DNA of 64,000 bases, taken from Candidatus Woesearchaeota archaeon (GTDB lineage: Archaea > Nanobdellota > Nanobdellia > Woesearchaeales > DSVV01). The DNA lies in the NCBI GenBank assembly GCA_018303325.1, contig JAGVYH010000001.1, forward strand, positions 24,849 to 88,848, given 5' to 3'. The notes beneath the pieces were generated by a model. That model had not been told where the DNA came from. It saw nothing but the letters and a program-made list of their open reading frames with translations, and did no database searches. The translations under genes and the position numbers were made by a program. Of this stretch, positions 50,323 to 59,614 are shown piece by piece (position 1 is the first letter of the stretch; every line of letters starts with the position of its first letter).

Positions 50323-52197
50323 CTACTTAGTAATAGATCCTGTTGGATGCGCTCCTTTCGTATCTAAGCCAGTGAGAACATAATCAGGGTTGTGCTTATA
50401 ACTATAACCTAATGTTTTGGCTGCCAAAGCTGCCCAGAACATATTAATTTTATTGGAATATAATTCATCAAGCCTTGTATCTTCTCCTTTTACCTTAGCA
50501 TCAATAAACATAACAATAAGTCCGTCTGGTGTTTCAAGTGATTTTCTTGTGCCATTGACTAAATGCACCCTTAATTCACCATCCTCTTCACTTTTCTCTA
50601 TTTCTACTGTTGAATCAGACGGAAGGGTTACAAAGTCATATCCTTTTGCATGTATATAACTTCTGTTTCTTTCTAAAATATCAACAACCTTCTGCGGGGT
50701 TACCTGCGGATGATAACTAACTAAATGATCAAGAATGGCTTTTGCGCAATCTTTGTTTCTTTTAATTAATGCTTCTTCAAGTAATTCGAGAGTATCTCTT
50801 ACTCTCATAAACTCTTTTGATTCTCGCGCATACCTTTGAATAACCACGCCAAGCTCGTCAACATTTTGAATATACCTGAAATAACCTGATTTAACACATC
50901 TATGAACAAAATTACGCCTTTCTTCTGGTTCACTTAACATATATTGGGCGTCGACCTCTCCTGAAAACAGTCTCAAAGTTTCTAAAGCTCTAAATAAATT
51001 ACCTTCTTGCACTCCTGCAATGTTTTTATGCTTGTAATAATTGTCAGTAAGTTTTATCATATCTTCCAATAAGCCTTCTCCAACCATTGCTCTTTCCAGA
51101 AGCCCTTGAGTTACTAATTGATTAAAAACATTAGAAATATGCATGTGATGTTTATAAGTTCTGAAAGAATTTATCAGGAAATAATTTTTGAATATTCTGT
51201 ACACTCTTTTATGCCCCAATACTCTTCCTGTTTTGTCCTCTTCTTTATGTCTTTTATTTGCTTCTCTTGTCAATTTGGCAAATTCTTCCATTGATGTTGT
51301 ATCATTTGATCTTACAGCTTCTACTAAGGATTTAAGCGCATAAACTTTGTCGTCGACAATCTCTGTGTTAACCAAACAATCTGAGAATTTAGCCAGCACA
51401 CCCCTAAACTTTGTTTCAGGTGAAAGTTCATCACGTGGTGATATGATTTTATCAATTGCTTTGTAATAGTTATCATCAACATTTCTTGTTAGTGCAGAAA
51501 CTGTTAATGCAAGTTCTTTACTGATTGCTTTTGCTCTTTCCTCGCCAATTCCGCGCGAAATTAAACCTGTACTGAAATCCTGTTCTAAATTAACTAAGTA
51601 TTTTCTTACTGATTCCGGCTCTTGGGAAAGGAATTTTGTCTTTGCTCTCTCTGCTTGTTCTCTGATATGGGTTATATCTTTTTTAATTGATTTTCTGATA
51701 ACTTTTCTCTGTCTTTCTTTTAAAAGACTCCAACTTCTGCTAAATGCTTCTTTTGCTTTTGATTCATATAATAAATTAATACGCTTACTAACAGAATCAG
51801 TTTGCTCACGAATAAATCTTCTATGTTCTCTTTCAGTATATTCTTCAGCAGTATCATGGTATAATGCAGCGAGAACATCTATTGTATCTCCTGTTAAAGC
51901 AGCAACCCTCGCAGCAGAAATTGGATGATTTACATATAGAGCACCGCTTTTTCTATTCCTGCTTTCTTCATATCTTTTAGAAATGTCTTCTAAAGCATAA
52001 AAAATAATTTCTTTATCTTCGCCTTCTGGTTTTGATTCTTGGCCTTGATAAACCACTTTGAGAATATCTTCAAGAAGTTTTCTTTTTTCATCTGATGGTG
52101 TAGCCTCATTTGTAATTAAATTAGATATTCTCTCATCTACAGGTGTCACTATAGGCTTTCTCAATACCACGTTTGACATAGTGCCTTGGGAAAGCAA
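50323..52197 (-). CDS. HD-domain protein of the RelA/SpoT/Mesh1 hydrolase type with large insertions
   Basis: RKSGALYVNHP, AALYHDTAEE, V.ALTR and KFSDCLVN motifs. Confidence 0.7.
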   Translation of the reverse strand: MLSQGTMSNVVLRKPIVTPVDERISNLITNEATPSDEKRKLLEDILKVVYQGQESKPEGEDKEIIFYALEDISKRYEESRNRKSGALYVNHPISAARVAALTGDTIDVLAALYHDTAEEYTEREHRRFIREQTDSVSKRINLLYESKAKEAFSRSWSLLKERQRKVIRKSIKKDITHIREQAERAKTKFLSQEPESVRKYLVNLEQDFSTGLISRGIGEERAKAISKELALTVSALTRNVDDNYYKAIDKIISPRDELSPETKFRGVLAKFSDCLVNTEIVDDKVYALKSLVEAVRSNDTTSMEEFAKLTREANKRHKEEDKTGRVLGHKRVYRIFKNYFLINSFRTYKHHMHISNVFNQLVTQGLLERAMVGEGLLEDMIKLTDNYYKHKNIAGVQEGNLFRALETLRLFSGEVDAQYMLSEPEERRNFVHRCVKSGYFRYIQNVDELGVVIQRYARESKEFMRVRDTLELLEEALIKRNKDCAKAILDHLVSYHPQVTPQKVVDILERNRSYIHAKGYDFVTLPSDSTVEIEKSEEDGELRVHLVNGTRKSLETPDGLIVMFIDAKVKGEDTRLDELYSNKINMFWAALAAKTLGYSYKHNPDYVLTGLDTKGAHPTGSITK

Positions 52198-52288
52198 AAC
52201 GCTTTATAAAGTTTATGTTTACCCCCACCTTGAAGTAACAAATAGGTAGTGAAAGAACCCAGTTAAAGTATAAAATTATTTCTATGTT

Positions 52289-52774
52289 TTAACTGCTTTT
52301 CCACACAGAATCGCCAACAAAATGAATGTTTTTTAAGGCTTTACCATGTGTCATTGCCTTTAACTCTTCTGAGGATGCTTCAGAAACACAGATAGAAATC
52401 GGTTTTTTGTGCGTTTCTTCCAGTATAACAACTATCTCGCCTTTTTGTATCCCTTCGTCAATCTTAGTGATACCTGGCCTCATTATATCTGCGCCGTTTA
52501 CAACGAATTTAACAGCGCCTTTATCAACAATTATTGTTTTGATAGTGGTTCCTTTTATTCTTTCGCCTAATTCAAGAACAAGTTTAAGTGTTGGAGTTAA
52601 TTTCTCCACTTTATCTTCTTTATAAAAAAAGAATAAAACTTTGTTGTTAACTTTGAGCAGGTTCTCTTCTTTAATAACAATATCTTTCTTGTTTATGACT
52701 TCTTTAAGAAGATAATTAGTTTCAAGAGATTTAATTAATTCTTTTACCTCGCTGTTACTTAATTGGATTTTCAT
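52289..52774 (-). CDS. PUA-domain RNA-binding protein (DUF1947/Tma20-like)
   Basis: PTLK, VDKGAVKFVVNGADIMRPGI and HFVGD motifs. Confidence 0.92.
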   Translation of the reverse strand: MKIQLSNSEVKELIKSLETNYLLKEVINKKDIVIKEENLLKVNNKVLFFFYKEDKVEKLTPTLKLVLELGERIKGTTIKTIIVDKGAVKFVVNGADIMRPGITKIDEGIQKGEIVVILEETHKKPISICVSEASSEELKAMTHGKALKNIHFVGDSVWKSS

Positions 52775-52788
52775 GTTTAATAATTTGT

Positions 52789-53199
52789 TTAATCTGTTTT
52801 TTCTATTTGAATTTTAATTATAGTCTGCGGATCTTTTAGTTTCTCAATTAATTCACGTTTTATATCTTTCGCTGCCTTTGACGCATTTATTGCAAACGTT
52901 CTTTTATCCTTAAACTCTGTTTTTCTTACAACAAGTTCATGAGGATCATTAAATTCTTCATTGATTTCAGCGGTTAATTCATCAGAAATCAATTTGCCGT
53001 GAATATCAGAAACAGATATATCAATTTTAATCTTGCCTTTTAATTTTTTCAGTTCTTCCAGCGAAAAATCACTATCAACGCCAATAATACAGTCTCCTCT
53101 CTTTGTAAGATTGGTATCTTTGGTAAATTCTAAAGTGTTTCTGTGTGTGCCTAACAAATTTTCATGCCCTTTTGCTTTAAATCCAATTGAAAAAACCAT
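52789..53199 (-). CDS. DUF371 family protein
   Basis: GHENL.GTH..TLEFTKD..LT.RGDCIIGV. Confidence 0.9.
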   Translation of the reverse strand: MVFSIGFKAKGHENLLGTHRNTLEFTKDTNLTKRGDCIIGVDSDFSLEELKKLKGKIKIDISVSDIHGKLISDELTAEINEEFNDPHELVVRKTEFKDKRTFAINASKAAKDIKRELIEKLKDPQTIIKIQIEKTD

Positions 53200-53252
53200 A
53201 AATCAGAGAATTAAAGGTAAAATATATAAATATTCTGAATAAGAAACATAGT

Positions 53253-53492
53253 ATGGACCCAATAAAGAAGTTTTATGTCGCTGCAGCCATTATTTTGCTT
53301 TTCATAGTGGGATTTGCAATTTATTTAGGATACAATGTCAAACAATCGCTTCTTTACCAGCAGGTTGAAGGGTATGACTTAAAATATGAAACGTGTATGA
53401 GCCAGTGTTCTTCGCCAAACTTAATTGAAACGCAGGAACAATGCGAACAGAAATGTTTTGATGATTATGAAGAGAGAAAAGGGATAGAGTGA
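53253..53492 (+). CDS. Small membrane protein with CxxxC pairs
   Basis: 79 aa with N-terminal TM; TATA box upstream. Confidence 0.65.
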   Translation: MDPIKKFYVAAAIILLFIVGFAIYLGYNVKQSLLYQQVEGYDLKYETCMSQCSSPNLIETQEQCEQKCFDDYEERKGIE

Positions 53493-53537
53493 TATAATGT
53501 TGTTTGTATTTGTTTAGCTGATTAATGTTTTTTGACC

Positions 53538-53976
53538 GCTCTCAACCCGTAACTAGGGACGCAGTCCCCCGTCCTATGATTATTTTTTAAGTTTTTTAAG
53601 AAATGTGTATTATTGCAGATTAAATGAAAAATTTCTTATTAAGTCGTATTTAATCTGCAAGATTATATACTAAAAGTGATTAATTTTCGTACAAATTAAT
53701 CACTTTTGTATATACAAAAGTGTAAAATAATGTTCGATTATTTTACACTTTTAGTATATTTCAGATTAAATGTAATTTAAGTTTGTTAAATAGTATTTAA
53801 TATGAAAAATTGAAAATTTAATCAATTTATTTTAATTTTCAATAAATTTAAATGAGACTATTTTAATTAAATTTACAATAAACTAACAGAAAAAAATAAA
53901 TCATCATATACGTGTCCAATCAGGTAAGAAATAAATAAATTAATAATAGTAAGACATGTGGCTTCGCCCAAGAACT
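53538..53976 (+). mobile_element. Family D element expanded by nested hairpin units (incl. A doublet 53664-53758)
   Basis: Same ends as 50086-50256 but ~270 bp longer. Inner stems TTGCAGATTAAAT/ATTTAATCTGCAA, the A doublet, and ATTGAAAATT/AATTTTCAAT. Confidence 0.85.
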
Positions 53977-54037
53977 GAATAAATCTATTTTTTCTGCAAA
54001 ACAATCTATAATATTTATAAATCAACGTCAATTTTCC

Positions 54038-55153
54038 ATGAAAATGCCAAACAAACTGCCTTTAACAATAGACGACAATGAGTATCTTGAAGCACTGAGA
54101 AAGAAAAAAACCTTCCCGCTTCACTTGCATATAGACGGCTCTATACCTGTAGGTACTCTTTTTTCAATGGCAAAGAAAAGAGGAAGGGTATTGAAACTGC
54201 CGAAAAAAGACGCTAATGAACAAGAAATAAGTTATAGTTCTGAGAAAGAAAGAATAATTGATTCAGAAGAAAAACTAAGAGAATTTCAATATGGTCTTTT
54301 AAGTAAATATCACATTAATGATGTTTTTGACATTCCCATCTCATTTATGCAGACGAGAGATGATATTGTTGAAACCTGCGTTGCTCTTAGCCATTATTTA
54401 AGAACGCAAAATTCACCTTATGCTGAGGTAAGATTTGCACCGCAGTATCATCTAACACAAGGATTAAGTTTAACACAAGTGATAGGATATGCTCTTGAAG
54501 GACTTGCAAAAGGCAGGGAAGAGACAGGTGTTACAACAAGGCTTATTGCCAGCATTGACAGAAAAGTTGATGTAGAAAGGGCAATAGATATAGTTAACGC
54601 TGTACTTTGTTTTAGAAATGAAGTGTTGGGCATTGATCTTGCTTGTGTTGAAAATGGCAACCCTCCTGAAAAACATTATGAGGCTGTTAAGCTCACATTC
54701 GGCACACAATTAAAAAGAACGTTTCACGCAGGAGAAATGTGCTCAGAAGAAGAAAATCTGAAAAACATTTACACGTCGCTTACACTTTTACAGGCGCATG
54801 GAATCAGCCACGCAATACAATTGCACAAGCGCTTTTATAGGGGCTATGATTTAATTGAAATGATGGTAAGAAATGGTGTAAGGCTCGAATCTAACCCAAT
54901 CTCTAATTATAATTTTTTCATAAATTCTGTTGCAGACCTGCATTTGGACCAATTATTAGACAAAGGTGTTTTCGTGACAATAAACCCTGATGACCCTGCC
55001 ATGTGGCCGCAAGGAGATTTGGTATATGGACTTTATCATCTTGGAAAATTATATGGGCTTAAATTTGTTGACAAGGTTATTAGAAATTCTGTTCTTTGCG
55101 CGTGGGGATTGAAGACAGAAGAGAAAATGTCATATCTTAAAGAAGTGATGTGA
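54038..55153 (+). CDS. add: Adenosine/adenine deaminase family protein
   Basis: LHLHIDGS, YAEVRFAP, GIDLA, FHAGE, ISHA, NPISN and INPDDP motifs. Confidence 0.9.
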   Translation: MKMPNKLPLTIDDNEYLEALRKKKTFPLHLHIDGSIPVGTLFSMAKKRGRVLKLPKKDANEQEISYSSEKERIIDSEEKLREFQYGLLSKYHINDVFDIPISFMQTRDDIVETCVALSHYLRTQNSPYAEVRFAPQYHLTQGLSLTQVIGYALEGLAKGREETGVTTRLIASIDRKVDVERAIDIVNAVLCFRNEVLGIDLACVENGNPPEKHYEAVKLTFGTQLKRTFHAGEMCSEEENLKNIYTSLTLLQAHGISHAIQLHKRFYRGYDLIEMMVRNGVRLESNPISNYNFFINSVADLHLDQLLDKGVFVTINPDDPAMWPQGDLVYGLYHLGKLYGLKFVDKVIRNSVLCAWGLKTEEKMSYLKEVM

Positions 55154-55227
55154 GTTTCGGTTTTCACGAGTAGTTATAGAATATATGGATTAAGGTATTT
55201 ATATTTGTTTAGCTGAGGTCTTTTTCT

Positions 55228-55387
55228 GCTCTCCACCTGTTTGTGGGACGCAGTCCACGAATAAAGGTAAGATGGTAATATGGTTTGATGGTCTGAAGGT
55301 ACGACGGAAATAAGTCGCTGCCATCAAACCATCCGACCTTCAAACCTTCTTACCTTTTTTAGTGAACGGGTTGGACATGCCAAAAAC
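55228..55387 (+). mobile_element. Family D variant with 8-nt-periodic hairpin core
   Basis: GTTTGTGGGACGCAGTCC, then GGTAAGAT GGTAATAT GGTTTGAT GGTCTGAA and complementary CCATCAAA CCATCCGA CCTTCAAA CCTTCTTA. Confidence 0.78.
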
Positions 55388-55455
55388 GAGTAAAAACAAA
55401 TAAGTTTATGTTAATTCACAAGCTTTAAAAAGAAGAAAAAGAAAGATTTTCTTTA

Positions 55456-56022
55456 ATGAAAGAGATTTTCGAAATAAGAATTCACGGACGAGGCGGCCAA
55501 GGAGCGAAGACAGCTGCGCAGTTTATTGCAGAGGCAGCCTTGGAAAAAGGCAAATTTATTCAATCATTTCCAGAGTATGGTCCAGAGCGCTCAGGCGCGC
55601 CAATGAAGGCATTTGCAAGAATTTCTGACAAAGAGATTAAAACATACGCACCTGTTACAAATCCTGACGTGGTATTAGTGCTGGATCAGACATTGGTTGG
55701 CACTATAAATATAACTGATGGGCTTGCTAAAGAAGGCATTCTAATTGTAAACACTTCAAACACACAAGAATGGCTGAAGAAAAAGACAAACTTTTCCGGC
55801 AACTGCATTACAATTGATGCAACAAAGATTTCATTAGAAACAATTGGTATAAATATGCCAAACACGCCGATGATTGGCTCGTTAATTAAGGCGACAAATA
55901 TTGTAACACTTGACGCTGTTGAAAATATTATTAAAAAGAAATTTTTAAAGAAAATTGGAGAAAAGGCAACAAATGCAAACATTGAAGCGATAAAAAGAGC
56001 ATTTAAGGAAACAAAAAAGTAA
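55456..56022 (+). CDS. porG: Pyruvate:ferredoxin oxidoreductase gamma subunit
   Basis: EIRIHGRGGQGAKTA, FPEYGPERSGAP and PNTPM motifs. Confidence 0.95.
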   Translation: MKEIFEIRIHGRGGQGAKTAAQFIAEAALEKGKFIQSFPEYGPERSGAPMKAFARISDKEIKTYAPVTNPDVVLVLDQTLVGTINITDGLAKEGILIVNTSNTQEWLKKKTNFSGNCITIDATKISLETIGINMPNTPMIGSLIKATNIVTLDAVENIIKKKFLKKIGEKATNANIEAIKRAFKETKK

Positions 56023-56174
56023 AGACGATGAAACAAAAGCATAAAGATAAAACAAAAAAACGTAAACAACATAAACTATTCAAACAAAATATCAAAACAC
56101 AAAAGAAAGAAAAAAAGAGACTAAACAATAAAACGAGTGGTAATAATAAAATAAATGATAGAACAAACACAAAG

Positions 56175-56531
56175 ATGGCAAAATTAACTTACAAGCAAAT
56201 ACCAATCGGCGGCATGATAGAAAATCCAGGTAGCTCTTTAGATTTCAAGACAGGAGACTGGAAAGTGTTCAGGCCGTGCTGGGATAAAAAGAAATGCATA
56301 CACTGTATGTTCTGTGTTGTTTACTGTCCAGATAATTGTATTCCTGTTGCTAATGAAGGATATGACGAATCTAGAAATAACTCATCAAAAAAAGAAATAA
56401 GAAAAGAGATTAAACAAGAGGTAAATAATCTAAAAAGAAAAGAAACTGATTTTGATTACTGCAAAGGATGCGGCATTTGCGCAAAAGTATGCCCTGTAAA
56501 ATGTATTAAGATGGAAGAGGACAAAGAGTGA
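56175..56531 (+). CDS. porD: Pyruvate:ferredoxin oxidoreductase delta subunit
   Basis: KTGDW, CIHCMFCVVYCPD and DYCKGCGICAKVCP; likely start MAKLTY at 56175. Confidence 0.93.
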   Translation: MAKLTYKQIPIGGMIENPGSSLDFKTGDWKVFRPCWDKKKCIHCMFCVVYCPDNCIPVANEGYDESRNNSSKKEIRKEIKQEVNNLKRKETDFDYCKGCGICAKVCPVKCIKMEEDKE

Positions 56532-57811
56532 ATATCATGAGTAAAAATCAAACAAATAAAAAAGATGAAATAAAAGAAAAAGCAGGAACAACTTTAACTA
56601 GTTCTAAACAAAAAATTACAGCTCTCACCGGCGCGCATGCTGTCGCTGAAGCAATGAGACAGATAAATCCAGATGTCGTCGCTGTATTTCCTATCACGCC
56701 ACAGACAGAAATCATGGAGCAGTTTGCACAATACCATGCTGACGGAATTGTCGACAGCGAAATAATACGCACAGAGTCAGAGCATTCTTCTATGAGTTGT
56801 GTCGTCGGAGCAAGCGCAGCGGGTGCAAGAGCAATGACTGCAACCTCTTCAGCTGGTTTAGCTTATATGTGGGAAGTGGTTGGGATTGCTTCTGGACTAA
56901 GGCTGCCAATAGTCATGCCTGTCGTCAACAGAGCGTTGTCTGCGCCGATTAATATTCATTGTGACCATTCAGATGCAATGGGATGCAGAGATCACGGCTG
57001 GATTATGCTCTTCTGTGAAAATGCGCAGGAAGCTTACGACGCTACTATTCTCGCAGTGAAATTAGCAGAACATCCTGAAGTAATGCTGCCTGTAATGGTT
57101 TGCCAGGATGGTTTTATCACAAGCCATGCAATACAAAACATTAAGGTTTATGACGACAAAATTGTAAAAAACTTTGTTAGAGAATACAAACCGAGGAAAT
57201 GGCTCCTTAACACAGATGAACCTGTGACAGTTGGCCCTTTACAATTAACTGATTATTATTTTGAATCGCAAAAACAAAGGGCAGATGCAATATTCAGGGC
57301 AAAAGAGATTTATCTTGAGGTTGGAAAAGAATTTAGTGGAATAACAGGGAAGAAACATCTTTTGTTTGAATCGTATATGCTCGATGACGCCGAGGCAGTT
57401 GTTGTTGTAATGAGTTCAACTGCTGGCACAACAAAAGCAGTTATTGACAAACTAAGAAAAGAAGGGAGAAAAGTGGGTTTGCTGAAACCAATATTATTCA
57501 GGCCATTTCCTTATGAAGAAGTAAGCAAAGCATTACAGGGGAAAAAATATATTGCAGTTCTTGACAGATCAGAAAGTTACGGCGCAAATGCGCCTTTGTA
57601 TGGAGAAGTAAAGAATGCTATTTACGATTTGACTAATAATAAATCTGAAAATAATAAAGAAATGCCTAAGTTAAAAAGTTATATCTTTGGCCTTGGTGGA
57701 AGGGATATATTTGAAGACGACATAGAAAAAGTTTTCAAAGATTTAATTAATGGTAATATCGAAGAAAAGAAAGTAGGATACATTGGTCTAAGAGGAGAAA
57801 AGGTGGAATAA
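56528..57811 (+). CDS. porA: Pyruvate:ferredoxin oxidoreductase alpha subunit
   Basis: FPITPQT, ESEHS, TATSSAGL, DGFITSH and GLGGRD motifs. Confidence 0.96.
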   Translation: MNIMSKNQTNKKDEIKEKAGTTLTSSKQKITALTGAHAVAEAMRQINPDVVAVFPITPQTEIMEQFAQYHADGIVDSEIIRTESEHSSMSCVVGASAAGARAMTATSSAGLAYMWEVVGIASGLRLPIVMPVVNRALSAPINIHCDHSDAMGCRDHGWIMLFCENAQEAYDATILAVKLAEHPEVMLPVMVCQDGFITSHAIQNIKVYDDKIVKNFVREYKPRKWLLNTDEPVTVGPLQLTDYYFESQKQRADAIFRAKEIYLEVGKEFSGITGKKHLLFESYMLDDAEAVVVVMSSTAGTTKAVIDKLRKEGRKVGLLKPILFRPFPYEEVSKALQGKKYIAVLDRSESYGANAPLYGEVKNAIYDLTNNKSENNKEMPKLKSYIFGLGGRDIFEDDIEKVFKDLINGNIEEKKVGYIGLRGEKVE

Positions 57812-58735
57812 ATGAATTTAAAACAGCTAGCCAACAAACCGCAAAGATTTGCACCAGGGCATCGTTCATGCTCAGGCTGTGGATTCCCTCAAATAGTTAG
57901 AACTGTTCTTGCATCAACTGATAATCCTGTTGTTGTAGCTAATGCAACCGGCTGTTTAGAAGTAACTTCTACAATATATCCTTTCACGTCATGGAAAGTT
58001 CCTTATATTCATTCTGCCTTTGAAAATGCAGCAGCGACAATAACTGGTGTTGAGTCAGCATACAAAGCATTGCAAAAGAAAGGTAAATTACCTAAAGACA
58101 AAAAAATAAAATTTGTTGCATTCGGAGGAGATGGCGGCACTTATGATATAGGATTACAATCTTTGTCTGGAGCGCTTGAAAGAGGCCATGATTTTTTGTA
58201 TGTTCTATACGATAATGAAGCTTATATGAACACAAATATACAAAGAAGCTCGTCGACACCACTTGGTGCAACAACAACTACAACTCCAGACGGAACAATT
58301 CACCATGGAAAAGAAGAATGGAAAAAAGATATTATGAAAATTGTCGAAGCGCATCATATTCCGTATCTGGCGCAGGCATCTGTCCATAATTTAATTGATC
58401 TTTCAATGAAAGCAGAAAAAGCATTCAATACAGAAGGGCCTTCGTTTATTGTTGTATTGCAGCCCTGCACACTTGGTTGGAAATTTCCAACAGATATGAC
58501 TATTGATATAGCAAAATTAGCTGTTGAAACAAAATTCTGGCCGTTGTATGAAATAGAGAATGGAAAATATAAGATAAATTACAAGCCAGCAAAAGATGTT
58601 CCAGTAACTGAATATCTAAAAACACAGGGCAGATTCAAGCATTTATTCAGGCCAGAAAACAAAGGAATTCTTGAGCAGATACAAAAAACAGTTAATGAAA
58701 GATGGAATGATATTGTGAAGAAGTGCGAAGGGTGA
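57812..58735 (+). CDS. porB: Pyruvate:ferredoxin oxidoreductase beta subunit
   Basis: GHRSCSGC, NATGCLEV, GGDGGTYDIG and DNEAYMNT motifs. Confidence 0.96.
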   Translation: MNLKQLANKPQRFAPGHRSCSGCGFPQIVRTVLASTDNPVVVANATGCLEVTSTIYPFTSWKVPYIHSAFENAAATITGVESAYKALQKKGKLPKDKKIKFVAFGGDGGTYDIGLQSLSGALERGHDFLYVLYDNEAYMNTNIQRSSSTPLGATTTTTPDGTIHHGKEEWKKDIMKIVEAHHIPYLAQASVHNLIDLSMKAEKAFNTEGPSFIVVLQPCTLGWKFPTDMTIDIAKLAVETKFWPLYEIENGKYKINYKPAKDVPVTEYLKTQGRFKHLFRPENKGILEQIQKTVNERWNDIVKKCEG

Positions 58736-58781
58736 ATTGGTTTTATTGTTCATCTTTTTTTTTGCTCATAGCACGTTATTC

Positions 58782-58968
58782 GCTCTCAACCCGTTTGTGG
58801 GACGCAGTCCCACGTCTCATGAATATAAAAGTAAGAAGGTCTGAAGGTCAGATGGTTTGATTATAACGGCTAATTTCTGTCGCAACATTTCGTAGTACCT
58901 TCTTACCTTCAAACCATCTAACTCTCTTACTTTTATTTGTGAATGCGTGACTGTGCCCAATGTTAAAC
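58782..58968 (+). mobile_element. Family D variant with 8-nt-periodic hairpin core
   Basis: GCTCTCAACCCGTTTGTGGGACGCAGTCCCACGTCTCATGAA; ATAAAAGTAAGA/TCTTACTTTTAT; core homologous to 55261-55360. Confidence 0.8.
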
Positions 58969-58976
58969 AAATACTG

Positions 58977-59528
58977 TTACAGTCTTATCCTTGGGCATCT
59001 GGTTAATTCTAAAGATTGATATTCAGAAGTAAAACACACATTTCTCCCTTTTGCTTCCAACATGCATTCTCTCGATAAATATACATCAAGAATAACCAGT
59101 TTTGGCTTGTCTTGAAAAGGTAAAATATGATAATGAGATCTTACTAAATTTAGGTCGTATGTGCCCCCTGCATAAACTGTTTTACCAACATTTAATGCTT
59201 CACAAACATTACAGCGATAAAAAATAAATGCGCCTTTTTTTACAAGAGCAACCAATCCTTCAGGAGTTACTTTCTCGTCAGGTTCTTTATCATCATCTTG
59301 GTCATCACTCTCATCTATCTCATCACTATCCTCATCAAACTCTCCAGTTCCAAGTATATATGATGCACCATAATTTTCATTATATGATTCTGTTTCTCCT
59401 TCATCTAATCCGTTAACTGATTTAGGAAGAAAGATTAGATTGCCAGACTCATCAAAAGACACGTCAGCTAAGTCACTTAGTGAAACTGGTTGAATTAATT
59501 TTTTCTTTGAAGTTGAGGTTTTCGCCAT
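58977..59528 (-). CDS. Hypothetical acidic protein
   Basis: 183 aa with a D/E-rich tract and CxxC. Confidence 0.6.
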   Translation of the reverse strand: MAKTSTSKKKLIQPVSLSDLADVSFDESGNLIFLPKSVNGLDEGETESYNENYGASYILGTGEFDEDSDEIDESDDQDDDKEPDEKVTPEGLVALVKKGAFIFYRCNVCEALNVGKTVYAGGTYDLNLVRSHYHILPFQDKPKLVILDVYLSRECMLEAKGRNVCFTSEYQSLELTRCPRIRL

Positions 59529-59614
59529 TGATACATGTGTTTTTAGTTTTTTTATAAAGTTTTTGGAATAGCTTTTTTACCTGATTAAATTTATAAACTC
59601 AACTTCCATCTTTT

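Noticed and set aside
56028-56174. Lys-rich N-terminal extension of PorD
   Set aside because: A-rich low-complexity sequence; homology-like sequence starts at ATG 56175, although an extension cannot be fully excluded.
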